The notes under the pieces were generated by a model, which saw nothing but the letters and a program-made list of their open reading frames with translations, did no database searches and was not told the DNA's origin. A stretch of DNA of 64,000 nt from the NCBI GenBank assembly GCA_013297755.1, contig JAAFIH010000027.1:3666-67665 (forward strand). The letters run 5' to 3'. Positions 19,772 to 29,225 of the stretch are shown here, piece after piece. Both the position numbers and the translations under genes were made by a program. Each line of letters starts with the position of its first letter. Positions within the stretch are counted from its first letter, which is position 1. Source of the stretch: Cytophagales bacterium (GTDB lineage Bacteria > Bacteroidota > Bacteroidia > Cytophagales > UBA9547).

Positions 19772-19819
19772 GGTAGGTTGGTAGGTTGGTAGATTGGTAG
19801 ATTGATAGATTGGTAGAAA
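19772..19819. repeat. Octamer microsatellite (GGTAGRTT) x6
   Basis: The run reads ggtaggtt ggtaggtt ggtagatt ggtagatt gatagatt ggtagaaa directly. Confidence 0.9.
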
Positions 19820-19847
19820 TAAACTGGCGTAAGCCTAAAAATAAAAA

Positions 19848-19897
19848 AATCCGCTTTTAAGCCCCTCCCCTTGGGGAGGGGTTGGGGTGGGGCTTTT
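19848..19897 (+). repeat. GC-rich hairpin 'word' with canonical G-quadruplex motif and GGGGCTTTT end
   Basis: In ...tccgcttttaagCCCCTCCCCttGGGGAGGGGttGGGGtGGGGctttt, the C-rich arm 19862-19870 pairs with 19873-19881. Four GGGG tracts occupy 19873-19892. Confidence 0.85.
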
Positions 19898-20150
19898 AAA
19901 AAATTGCTATAAACGCAATTTTCCCCTTCGGGTTCTACTCATGGAGTAGAATTTGTTGGGGTGGGGCTTTTAAAAAATTGCTATAAACGCAATTTTCCCC
20001 TTCGGGTTCTACGCATGGAGTAGAATTTGTTGGGGTGGGGCTTTTAAAAATTGCTATAAACGCAATTTTCCCCTTCGGGTTCTACGCATGGAGTAGAATT
20101 TGTTTGGGGTGGGGCTTTTAAAAAATTGCTATAAACGCAATTTTCCCTTT
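19898..20150 (+). repeat. Tandem array of a ~74-bp structured unit (3 full copies plus a divergent 4th)
   Basis: The unit is aaaaaattgctataaacgcaattttccccttcgggttctacKcatggagtagaatttgttggggtggggctttt. Copies start at 19898, 19972, 20046 and 20120. Confidence 0.9.
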
Positions 20151-20169
20151 CGGGGGTTTGGGGGCAAAA

Positions 20170-20310
20170 AAAAATAAAAAAAAATCCTATTTCCCCCTCC
20201 CTATGGGATGAGGGGGTAGGGAGTGGGGCTTTTAGAATGGTAGGTTCTAGTTGGGCAGGGGCTTTTAAATCCGCTTTTAAACCCCTCGGGGTTAGGTTGG
20301 GGTTTTTGAA
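20170..20310 (+). repeat. Further GC-rich hairpin words (CCCCCTCCC...GAGGGGG type) ending in GGGGCTTTT
   Basis: The region reads aatcctatttccccctccctatgggatgagggggtagggagtggggctttt, followed by ...gggcaggggctttt and cccctcggggttaggttggggttttt. Confidence 0.8.
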
Positions 20311-20527
20311 AAGTGTTGGAATCTGGTTTTGGAATAAGATTTTGCTTAAAGGTTTTTTGAAGAATATTAGATTGCTTTTTTTGAAAATTGTTTTGCAATG
20401 GGTTTTCTACAAAGGTTTACAAAAGATTTGAGATTAAGAGAATTTAAAAAAAGAATATTCCGATAAAAATTATTTTATAATAACATCGAAAATAACAAAA
20501 ATTAATACAATAAATAACATATACAAA

Positions 20528-23500
20528 ATGACTACATTTTATAAAAACAACATCAAATTTTTAGGATTTATTTTTGTCCTTTTCATGCTTTTGGGGGTGA
20601 AGAAAAGTTGGGGGCAGGCAATATTAACATTTGATTTTGCTGGTTTAGTTGGAAATGAAGCTTCCGCAAATTCAAATTTCAATAATACTAATTTAACCTC
20701 TTCAACAATTTCAAGAGGTGGTGGATTAACAGCAGCCAATAATACAGATAGGTTTAATGCTACTAATTGGGCTATTACTTCAATAGCAAATGCAGTTTCA
20801 GGGAATAATTACATGGAATTTACAATTACTCCTAATAGTGGTTTTCAATTTTCTGTTTCCTCAATAGTTATTCAATTACAAAGATCAGGTACAGGACATA
20901 CTGCAATTGCTTTAAGAAATTCTGTTAGTTCTTATTCTACAAATTTAGATGGAGAAAAATCTGTTGTTGATAATACAAATACTCAATCATTTACTTTTAC
21001 ATTTACTCAATCTAACTCATCAACATCTGTCACATATCGTTTGTATGGTTATGCTGAAGCTACTGGTGGGTCAGGTGGTCCTGGTGATGGTTCTGGTAAT
21101 GACATTGTTGTAAATGGTATAGTTTCTGCCATCTCCTCCTGCACCCCCCCCACCACCCAAGCCACAGCATCTGCAGCTACTTCTATAGCTACTACATCTG
21201 CAACCCTCAATTGGACTCGTGGCAATGGAAATAATGTTTTGGTAGTTGTTCGTCCAAACGCAACTTCAAACGCACTACCTACCAATGGTACATCTTATAC
21301 TCAAAATGCCAATTATGGCAGTGGTGCTACCACTGGTACAAATAACTTTTCTGTTTTTACAGGAACTGGTACTAGTGTAAATGTTAGTGGATTGACAGCA
21401 AATACACTTTATACGCAACAAGTGTATGAATATAACAATACAGGAATTTGCTATTTAACAACACCTGCTACAGGTCAAAATTTTAACTCTTTACACAATG
21501 CCCCAAACATTGGATCTGGCTCAGGTGCTACTGGCACAACTTTTACTGCTAACTGGACTGCCCCAAGTGGAGGTGGTGGTGCAAGTTTTACTTACGAAAT
21601 TCAAGTCAATGATGACAATACTTTTACCAATGCCAATGAATTTACCCAATCTGGTATAGTTTCAGGTACATTATCAGCCAATGCAACAGGTTTAACCCCT
21701 TCAACTACCTATTACTATAGAGTACGTGCCGTTAATGCAGGTGGTAATTCGGCTTGGTCGGCAGTTTCGGCAGGTATAGCAACTACAAATGCAGCGTCTT
21801 TGCCAACCCTTACTACACCCACTGCAACTGCCATAGCACCCACATCGGCCACTTTAGGAGCAAACGTAACCTCCGATGGTGGAGCAACAATTACTGCTAG
21901 GGGTACAGTGTGGAGTACCTCTCCAATTCCAACCACAAATGCCTCTAGTATTGGTGGTACAACAGGAGTGTTTACCGACAATCGTACAGGTTTTTCGCCA
22001 AATACATTATATTATTACAGAGGCTATGCCACCAATAGTGTAGGTACTGCATACTCTCCAGAGAGTTCTTTTACAACTCTAGCTATTTCAAGCCCTACTG
22101 TAACCACACCCACAGCAACAGCTATAACAGCTACTACCGCCACTTTGGGAGCAAACGTAACCTCCGATGGTGGAGCTGCCATAACAGCACGAGGCACTGT
22201 ATGGGGCACAAGCCCAAACCCAACAGGTAATATCGTAAATACTGCAGGCACAACTGGCATATTTACAGAACCAAGATCAGGTTTTTCTCCAAACACATTA
22301 TATTATTACAGAGGTTTTGCTACCAATAGTCAAGGCACAAGCTACTCGCCCGATGGCACATTTACAACGCCTGCTGCTGCCGTTTCTATTTGGACTAACC
22401 CAATTACGGGTACTAATCCTGGTCTTACAACTCCATATATAGCAGGCCAAACTGTAAATGCCAACATTTCAGTTTCTGGTATTTTACGTGGATCTGGTGT
22501 TACAGGAGCTAATGCCAATGACAGATACAATGCTAGCGGTTGGAGTAGTGGGGCTTTGGATGCTAACGATTATTTTGAATTTACTATTGTACCTAACGCA
22601 GGTTATAAGATTGATTTTACAAGTTTTCAATATACCAGTCAACTTAGCAGTGGTACTGCACAGCATACATTCAAATCAAGTGTAGATAATTTTTCAGCAA
22701 GTATTGGTGCTCCTAGTTCAAATGGTACTACTATCAATCTTGGCGCACCCTCTTATCAGAATATTACCTCAGCTATTACTTTTAGATTTTATACTCATAA
22801 TCTAACTGGACTTAATTATAGCATCAACGACTTTACTTTCAATGGATTAGTTTCAGTTAATTGCACACCACCCACAGTAGCCCCAAATACGCCAACTTCT
22901 TCGGCCATTACACCAAACTCTGGTACTATTGGCTGGACACGTGGCAACGGTAGCAATGTAGCTGTAGTGCTTCGCCAAGGTGCAGCCATTAGCACAAACC
23001 CAACAAGTGGCGTAAGTTACACCCCAAACGCAGCTTTTGGCTCAGGTGCAAGCATAGGCTCTGGAAGTGTTGTATATACTGGTGCAGGCACAAACGTAAA
23101 CGTAACCAACTTGCTTTCGAGTACTACTTATCATTATGCTATATATGAATATTCCAACACCAATATTTGCTACAATCAATCGCCACTTATTGGCAGTTTT
23201 ACTACCAGTGCCTGCGTAGCACCTACTACACAAGCCTCTGCATTTACATCTTCTGTACTTGGCACATCAAGCCTCAAAATAGATTGGACACGTGGCAATG
23301 GAGATAATGTAATTGTTTTGGCACGTGCAGGAGCAACCGTAAACGCTACCCCACAATCGGGCAACAACAGCTACACCGACAATAGCACCTTTGGCTCTGG
23401 CTCACAAATAGGCGCAGGCAACTTTGTGGTGTACAAAGGCACAGGCTCATCTGTAAACATAACAGGACTTGCCGCTAATACCACCTATTATTTTGCAGTG

Positions 23501-26500
23501 TATGAATACAGCAACACCAATACTTGTTATAATACTACAGAGTTGTTGGGATTTGAAACGACCGAAGCATCTGGTCAAGTGGGTACTTTTTTGAGACCAG
23601 GAGATATGGTAATAGCAGGATATGATCCATTAACTACACTGGCTGGTATATCAGGAGATGATTATTTTGTTATGTTAACTATGGTAGATTTACTTCCTGG
23701 TACACAATTTATTATTGCCAATGCCCCTTTTGAAACAGGACTTGCTGCAAATGTATCATCAGGTGAGTTTGGTGAAAGTTGTACAGGATGTCAGTTATCT
23801 CACTTTAATCTTACAGTTGGGGGTACTACTATACCAAAAGGCTCAGTTATTTCTTTGGTAGCACCAAATGCTGCCGCTGCGCAACCAACTCAATTTAAGA
23901 TTAATGACATTTCAACTTCAAATATTAATGGAACTTATTATGGAGACCCTACATTAGGAAGAATGAATATAAGTTCATCTGCTGCAGACCAAGTATTTTT
24001 AATGCAAGGCAATTTTACAAACAATGCTTCTGCTAGTGTAGTTAGTTCAACTTTTAATGGTAGAGTATTGTATGGTATCAATAATGGTGCATCTTGGATA
24101 CCTTTTTCTACTGCAACTACCAGTGCAGCTCGAAATAAATCTAGACTACCAAAAGATATTCTTTGTTTTAATTTAGATGTTACTGGTTCATTTGTACAGG
24201 CCAAACAGCATAATGTTGGCAATGTTGGAGTACTCATAAATGCTACCCAAAGAAACTTAATCATAAACATCAGTAATCAATCTAATTGGGCAAATAAAGG
24301 TACTGGAGGTGGAAATGACTTAGATTTTACATCTGTTTTTTCTCCAAATAATGGCTACACAGTTACTGGTTCATCATTTCAGCCTGGCAGATGGATTGGG
24401 GACTTTAATAACGATTGGTTTAATTGTAGCAACTGGGAAAATTTAAGTGTACCAGACAATACAACAGATGTAGATTTTGATGCAAATTCCCTTGTTCGTT
24501 CAGATATTAGGTCTACAGCTACAAATGCACCAGTTTTTAATAACCTTGCCACTTGCAAAAACCTTTCCATCTCCAACCGAGAAGTAAATCTTGAAGGTAG
24601 TGCTAACAACAAACTTTTTGTAAACGGCAACATTATCATCAATGGCACTGGTACTTTAGACATGAGCGATGGCACCAATGGCACTCCAGATGGCCAAATA
24701 ACCATTGCTGGCTCTTGGCTCAACCAACGTGCAGAATCTGAATTTAAAGAAGGCGAAGGCAAAATAACTTTTACCAGCAACCAATCGCAAGGCATTATCA
24801 ACAGTACCTCCGACAACGAAACTTTTTATGATGTAGAAATCAACAACACAGGCACCGAATTTGCTTTAAACTCAAATCTGGCAACAGGACGTAATTTAGT
24901 CATAAATACAGGCAATATCAACGCCATCAACAAAACCGTAAAAATAGGTGGCGATTTTACCAACAACGGCACACTCACGGCCACTGGCAGCACTTTTGAG
25001 TTTAATGGCACTGGCATCCAAAACATCAATGGTACTTTTCAAAATACTTTCAACAACATGGTAGTTTCCAACCCATCGAGCGGGGGAGTGATATTGGGGC
25101 AAAACCAAAACCTTACAAACAAACTGTCGCTTACTGGCACATCTAGTAAATTGACAACAACTGGTCGCCAATTTACATTTTTGTCAGATGCCAATGCTAC
25201 TGCACGTTTGGCTCAAGTCAATGGCACATCTACCATTGTAGGCAATATTACCATGCAACGCTATGTGCCAGGCAATGACAATGTGCGCTTAATCAATTAT
25301 CAATTGGCTTCGCCTGTGCGTGGAGCAGCCGTAAGCCAATGGCAGCCTAGTGGCAACACACCACCCACAGCACCTACCAATGGTTTTTATATTTCGGGTA
25401 GTTTTACAGGCAAAGATGTGCCAGCTAGCACAGGTATTATAGCAGCTTCTTTGGCCAGTTTGCTTACTTACAATACTACTGGTGCAGGTTTTGATCAATT
25501 TCCTTTGGCAGCCAATACCGAAGCATTGAGCGTAGGTCGAGGATACAGAGGGGTTATCAGAGATGGTACAGCCGCCAATGGATTTGCCTCAGTAGTAGCC
25601 AAAACTTTGGCTCTTACAGGCCCACCACACATAGGAAATTTTAGTTTTTCTTTGGCTTTTGGTGGTAGCAATACCCTTACATCTTGGAATTTTGTGGGCA
25701 ACCCATACCCTTGTGAGATTTTTGGCGACCTTACCAATGCAACTCATTATCCTACTCGTACCAATGTCAATCCTGCAGTGTATGTATTCAATTCAGTCAT
25801 GGGTGGGTACAACTCTTATGTAAGTGGTGTAGGTGTATTAGCAGGCGGTGGAGCTTGGGATGGCAAAATACCTTCTTCACAAGGATTTTGGGTTCGAGCC
25901 AATGCTGCCAACCCTGCTCTTACAGTGTCTGAAAATGCCAAAACGGAAGGCCGATCTGCCAGTTGGAGAATCGAAAAACCTCAATTTTACAGAGTAATGC
26001 TAAACAATAGCTTTGGTGCAGACGAAGTTGTGGTGCGACTTTCTGACCAAGCCAGTTATGGTTTTGATGGAGAAATGGATGCCCAAAAATTAAACTCTCC
26101 ACTAAGTAATGGTGCTCCTAGTATCAATTTTACATCAAAAGAGGCCCTAAAACTGACCATCAATAGCATACCCACAGAAGCCATACAGCCTTTTGATACT
26201 GTATGGATAAACTATAGTTCTGGCCAAAGAAATGCCAATAATTTTACTTTTTATGGCTTCGAAAATTTTGATCCAAACGTGGAAGTGTATTTGATTGATA
26301 AAGCCAAAAATGAAATCTCTGATATGAAAAAAATAAATGATTATAGTTTTGATAACATCACATACGCGGGCAATAGATTTGGTATTGTCCACAAAACTAC
26401 ACAACGAGTAGAGGAGGTTACAGCTACTAAAAATAACCAAAAAGAGGGAGTTTTGATTACACTTCAACCAAATCCATGTCAAAATCATCAATTTCAATTA

Positions 26501-26692
26501 CAATCAAATGTAGCGATAGAAACAAATCAAATTAAGATTTACAACATTGTAGGCACTCAAATTCCTTTTGATGTAGCAAATATTGGTGCAAATAAGTATC
26601 AAATTAATTTATCTAATGCCACCAAAGGAATTTTAGTAGTAAAAATAACAACAGCTGAAGCTATTATTATTAAAAAAGTAATTGCTGAATAA
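20528..26692 (+). CDS. Giant (2054 aa) T9SS-secreted surface protein with multiple FN3/Ig-like modules
   Basis: It has a signal peptide. FN3-like modules repeat (ATLNWTRGNGNNVLVVVRP, GTIGWTRGNGSNVAVVLRQ, LKIDWTRGNGDNVIVLARA). The module TPTATAI.P.SATLGANVTSDGGA.ITARGTVW is duplicated. The CTD is LQPNPCQNHQFQL...GILVVKITTAEAIIIKKVIAE. Confidence 0.85.
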   Translation: MTTFYKNNIKFLGFIFVLFMLLGVKKSWGQAILTFDFAGLVGNEASANSNFNNTNLTSSTISRGGGLTAANNTDRFNATNWAITSIANAVSGNNYMEFTITPNSGFQFSVSSIVIQLQRSGTGHTAIALRNSVSSYSTNLDGEKSVVDNTNTQSFTFTFTQSNSSTSVTYRLYGYAEATGGSGGPGDGSGNDIVVNGIVSAISSCTPPTTQATASAATSIATTSATLNWTRGNGNNVLVVVRPNATSNALPTNGTSYTQNANYGSGATTGTNNFSVFTGTGTSVNVSGLTANTLYTQQVYEYNNTGICYLTTPATGQNFNSLHNAPNIGSGSGATGTTFTANWTAPSGGGGASFTYEIQVNDDNTFTNANEFTQSGIVSGTLSANATGLTPSTTYYYRVRAVNAGGNSAWSAVSAGIATTNAASLPTLTTPTATAIAPTSATLGANVTSDGGATITARGTVWSTSPIPTTNASSIGGTTGVFTDNRTGFSPNTLYYYRGYATNSVGTAYSPESSFTTLAISSPTVTTPTATAITATTATLGANVTSDGGAAITARGTVWGTSPNPTGNIVNTAGTTGIFTEPRSGFSPNTLYYYRGFATNSQGTSYSPDGTFTTPAAAVSIWTNPITGTNPGLTTPYIAGQTVNANISVSGILRGSGVTGANANDRYNASGWSSGALDANDYFEFTIVPNAGYKIDFTSFQYTSQLSSGTAQHTFKSSVDNFSASIGAPSSNGTTINLGAPSYQNITSAITFRFYTHNLTGLNYSINDFTFNGLVSVNCTPPTVAPNTPTSSAITPNSGTIGWTRGNGSNVAVVLRQGAAISTNPTSGVSYTPNAAFGSGASIGSGSVVYTGAGTNVNVTNLLSSTTYHYAIYEYSNTNICYNQSPLIGSFTTSACVAPTTQASAFTSSVLGTSSLKIDWTRGNGDNVIVLARAGATVNATPQSGNNSYTDNSTFGSGSQIGAGNFVVYKGTGSSVNITGLAANTTYYFAVYEYSNTNTCYNTTELLGFETTEASGQVGTFLRPGDMVIAGYDPLTTLAGISGDDYFVMLTMVDLLPGTQFIIANAPFETGLAANVSSGEFGESCTGCQLSHFNLTVGGTTIPKGSVISLVAPNAAAAQPTQFKINDISTSNINGTYYGDPTLGRMNISSSAADQVFLMQGNFTNNASASVVSSTFNGRVLYGINNGASWIPFSTATTSAARNKSRLPKDILCFNLDVTGSFVQAKQHNVGNVGVLINATQRNLIINISNQSNWANKGTGGGNDLDFTSVFSPNNGYTVTGSSFQPGRWIGDFNNDWFNCSNWENLSVPDNTTDVDFDANSLVRSDIRSTATNAPVFNNLATCKNLSISNREVNLEGSANNKLFVNGNIIINGTGTLDMSDGTNGTPDGQITIAGSWLNQRAESEFKEGEGKITFTSNQSQGIINSTSDNETFYDVEINNTGTEFALNSNLATGRNLVINTGNINAINKTVKIGGDFTNNGTLTATGSTFEFNGTGIQNINGTFQNTFNNMVVSNPSSGGVILGQNQNLTNKLSLTGTSSKLTTTGRQFTFLSDANATARLAQVNGTSTIVGNITMQRYVPGNDNVRLINYQLASPVRGAAVSQWQPSGNTPPTAPTNGFYISGSFTGKDVPASTGIIAASLASLLTYNTTGAGFDQFPLAANTEALSVGRGYRGVIRDGTAANGFASVVAKTLALTGPPHIGNFSFSLAFGGSNTLTSWNFVGNPYPCEIFGDLTNATHYPTRTNVNPAVYVFNSVMGGYNSYVSGVGVLAGGGAWDGKIPSSQGFWVRANAANPALTVSENAKTEGRSASWRIEKPQFYRVMLNNSFGADEVVVRLSDQASYGFDGEMDAQKLNSPLSNGAPSINFTSKEALKLTINSIPTEAIQPFDTVWINYSSGQRNANNFTFYGFENFDPNVEVYLIDKAKNEISDMKKINDYSFDNITYAGNRFGIVHKTTQRVEEVTATKNNQKEGVLITLQPNPCQNHQFQLQSNVAIETNQIKIYNIVGTQIPFDVANIGANKYQINLSNATKGILVVKITTAEAIIIKKVIAE

Positions 26693-26732
26693 TATTTTAG
26701 ACATAACCTAGCACCTATTTACTAAGAAAAAA

Positions 26733-27011
26733 ATGAAAAATTTTAAATTCCTATTTACAAAAGTATTTTTGATACTTTCCCTTGTTGTAGTAAGTTTATC
26801 CAATGCTCAAGAATCATGTGTGCCAAATAGCTTGGATGGTCCATGTCCAGACCCTTGCAACAGAATGTGTTGCGAGTACGACCCAGATAATGACACCTGT
26901 ATCCCTATCAATTCAGACAAAAATTACTTAATCATTCTTGGCATTTGTATGATTGGAGCAGTGTGGTTTATTACCTATAAATCTCAGAAAAAAATCGCTA
27001 TTTTGGAGTAA
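26733..27011 (+). CDS. Small Cys-rich secreted protein with C-terminal membrane anchor
   Basis: 92 aa. The signal peptide is MKNFKFLFTKVFLILSLVVVSLSNA. Seven Cys fall within ~31 residues (CVPNSLDGPCPDPCNRMCCEYDPDNDTC). This is followed by a TM helix (LIILGICMIGAVWFI) and a basic tail. Confidence 0.45.
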   Translation: MKNFKFLFTKVFLILSLVVVSLSNAQESCVPNSLDGPCPDPCNRMCCEYDPDNDTCIPINSDKNYLIILGICMIGAVWFITYKSQKKIAILE

Positions 27012-27228
27012 TTAGATTTAAAAGTAGTATAAATCGTTATAATAAAATATAACTTTAAAAATAATATTTTAAGAAATAATAGCTTCAAAAGTTCCTATCT
27101 TTTGGATTCTTTGGCTTAATAACAGAAATTGGGGTGGGGCTTAAAAAACAGGCTTTATTTTAATAAAATCTTAAATGTGCCTGCATTTCTTTTTAATAAG
27201 ATTTTTAAATTTTCAAATAAATTTATTG

Positions 27229-27236
27229 TATATTTG
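27229..27236 (+). promoter_or_regulatory. Bacteroidota -7 promoter box TAnnTTTG
   Basis: TATATTTG ends 20 nt upstream of the ATG at 27256. An identical box with identical spacing occurs in copy B (39377-39384). Confidence 0.4.
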
Positions 27237-27255
27237 TCTACATAATTCTAAAATC

Positions 27256-27498
27256 ATGGCACAAGTAGCAACACTAAAAATCCAAACTAATAATACTGGT
27301 TCACAAACCAATACGAATTTAGATTTTAAAAAAAACGATAAAATTACTTTTTCTGAAACATCGTTAAACCAAAAAACAGAGGAAGACCTCGAAAGAGAAG
27401 CGTTTTATAAAAAAATTAATAATCCCTCAAATTTGACAGGAGACGAATTATTTGCTCGTGTAAACAAACATATTGATTCGTTGCCATGGCAAGCATAA
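27256..27498 (+). CDS. Small putative antitoxin-like protein (81 aa), family not recognised
   Basis: I prefer ATG 27256 (MAQVATLKIQ...) because conservation with copy B begins just upstream. The track start at 27175 lies in unconserved promoter sequence. The N-half is Q/T/N-rich and the C-half is helical (EEDLEREAF...GDELFARVNKHIDSLPWQA). It overlaps the next ORF by 13 nt. Confidence 0.5.
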   Translation: MAQVATLKIQTNNTGSQTNTNLDFKKNDKITFSETSLNQKTEEDLEREAFYKKINNPSNLTGDELFARVNKHIDSLPWQA

Positions 27499-27815
27499 TT
27501 TATTCTGAAAAACTAGAATATAAACTAAATGAATTGGTAGATATTTTATTTGAAAAAAGATATTTTGGTTATAAAGAATCCGCAAAAGAATATGTACAAC
27601 TTATTAGAAATTTTATAGAAACCATCCCAAACCAAACCATAGTATATGTTTGCTCAAAACCTACGTATGGCAAATATTATGCTAGATACACCAATAAAAA
27701 AAGTAAGTTTAAATATTATATAACCTATGATTCAATGGATGGAATATATTACATAGAAAATATTATAAGTCCCAAAACAAAAGCCTATTTAGACATCAGT
27801 GGCTCGAAAAAATAA
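27486..27815 (+). CDS. Putative RelE/ParE-superfamily-like toxin (109 aa)
   Basis: Size and predicted topology fit ParE-like toxins: two N-terminal helices (KLNELVDILFEKRYFGYKESAKEYVQLIRNFIETIP) followed by beta strands (YYARYTNKKSKFKYYITYDSMDGIYYIENIIS). It is translationally coupled to a small upstream ORF. The assignment is by pattern only. Confidence 0.4.
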   Translation: MASIIYSEKLEYKLNELVDILFEKRYFGYKESAKEYVQLIRNFIETIPNQTIVYVCSKPTYGKYYARYTNKKSKFKYYITYDSMDGIYYIENIISPKTKAYLDISGSKK

Positions 27816-27953
27816 AGAATACAAAGTAATATTTTTTAGAATAAATAATTAGAAGCTACCACATTAAACTCAAACCCTAAAAGTTTAGGTAATAGATAAT
27901 TTCATTTTTTTCAAAAGCTCTTGGGTTTGTTTATTGATTTCAGTAATTACACT

Positions 27954-28166
27954 TTAGGTATGGTTGTATCTTATTTTTTTGATAGACTTTAGATGGTTTA
28001 TTGTGTCTGAGATGGAGTATTTATGGCTTAGTTTTTGGGTTTTATTTAATCGTGTTGTTTTTAGTATTTTAGATAATTTATAAATCATTAGCATGCTCAA
28101 GTGATTGATAAACATCCAACCATTGAGTGATTCTTCACGCTGCATGCTTGAAATTTGCTCTTCCAT
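27954..28166 (-). pseudogene. C-terminal remnant of an IS4/IS1634-type transposase
   Basis: ...REESLNGWMFINHLSMLMIYKLSKILK... resembles the conserved C-terminal end of DDE IS4/IS1634 transposases as I recall them. Only ~70 codons remain and there is no upstream catalytic region. Confidence 0.45.
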
Positions 28167-28612
28167 TGTTTTTAAAATTTAATTTATTATAGTTTAATAG
28201 AAAATTATTTATTTAGTAATAATTACATAAAATAATATAAAATTATCTCATTTATTTCTTTGTGGTAAGCTGCCATTTTAAACAATGATTCATCCTCTAT
28301 CTCATCGTCTTCAAAATCAATTGAGTCATAAAACTTAGAATACTCTTCTATTGTGATTTTATTAAGGTCTGCTATTAAAAGACACGTCTAATCTTGGTGT
28401 GCATCCAAAGCTTGTGATATATCTAAAAAAGTAAGCTTAATACATAGTTGTAAGTAAAACTTCATCTTTTTTATCTGGGACAAGATTGTTGTCGAGTAAT
28501 ATTTAGTTGATTGTCATTTTTTTTTATTTGTTGAATTAAATTTAAGAAAATTCATTTAAAATATTTTTTTTGTCTATTTTTTTAGTATAAATTGATATTG
28601 AAGTTGAAATTT

Positions 28613-29095
28613 TTAATGCCAAACGAAATAAATAAATCCATTTAAAGTGCCTTCTTTAGAGTTATTTTCAAAGTCTTGTTTGTCAATCAAGCAATAAAAT
28701 GTCTCCATTTTATTCCATAAGTTAAATCCAAGCATATCATCTGTTATACCAAGTGGACTTAAAAATTTTCGATCAGAGTTCATAAAATTGCCTGCATTTA
28801 TTTCACCAGAATCGCAATCGTCTATTTTCAAATTAAGCAATTCAGTTATATCTGAATCATCATAAAAATTAAAATCTGCTATTAGATTATACCATTGTCC
28901 ACCAATACCTAGATCCTTAACTAAAACAGATATTTTTTTTATTGATAATAAATTAGTACCAATTTGTGGAAAAAAAGTATAGGGGCTAAAATTTTGATTT
29001 AAATCAATAACTTCATCAAAGATGACTTTAGAGGCATTATGATGTAATTTTATTTTTTCGACTGCTTCTTGAAAAGGTATTTTAATATAATTCAT
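28613..29095 (-). CDS. Hypothetical cytoplasmic protein (160 aa), immunity-protein-like orphan
   Basis: It is a clean ORF with no signal peptide and is acidic. No motif was recognised. It is a member of the minus-strand run of small orphans. Confidence 0.5.
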   Translation of the reverse strand: MNYIKIPFQEAVEKIKLHHNASKVIFDEVIDLNQNFSPYTFFPQIGTNLLSIKKISVLVKDLGIGGQWYNLIADFNFYDDSDITELLNLKIDDCDSGEINAGNFMNSDRKFLSPLGITDDMLGFNLWNKMETFYCLIDKQDFENNSKEGTLNGFIYFVWH

Positions 29096-29225
29096 TGTTA
29101 TATGGTTTATTATTGTAAAATTAATAAAATTATAAATTTATTTGTAAATCTTAACCAAAAAATAAACTAGTATCTTGATTCTTTGGGTAAGTATTTTTTT
29201 ATGATTTAAAACTAAAGAAATCTAG

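Larger units (their letters stand above)
27190..27830 (+). repeat. Copy A of a ~640-bp direct repeat carrying a two-gene TA-like module
   Basis: It aligns by eye with 39333-39978, from tttttaataa...atttattgtatatttgt through both small ORFs to just past the stop (aaaaaataaRgaatac). Identity is high, with substitutions clustered in the first ORF and at the C-terminus of the second. Confidence 0.8.

Noticed and set aside
19898-20150. Possible CRISPR array, given regularly spaced GC-rich palindromic repeats
   Set aside because: The units are contiguous 74-bp tandem copies with no unique spacers, and no cas genes are in the window. The same holds for 52475-53265, where the 'spacers' are themselves repeated words.
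20201-20431. Two overlapping ~65-aa ORFs (20201..20398 minus, 20237..20431 plus)
   Set aside because: They lie within the intergenic hairpin-word array, and their translations (P/G/K/F-rich) simply reflect the G/C-tract repeats.
27175-27255. Upstream extension of the small ORF (track start 27175)
   Set aside because: The extension (MCLHFFLIRFLNFQINLLYICLHNSKI) covers the TAnnTTTG box and AT-rich promoter sequence, and its peptide is not conserved with the corresponding readthrough in copy B.
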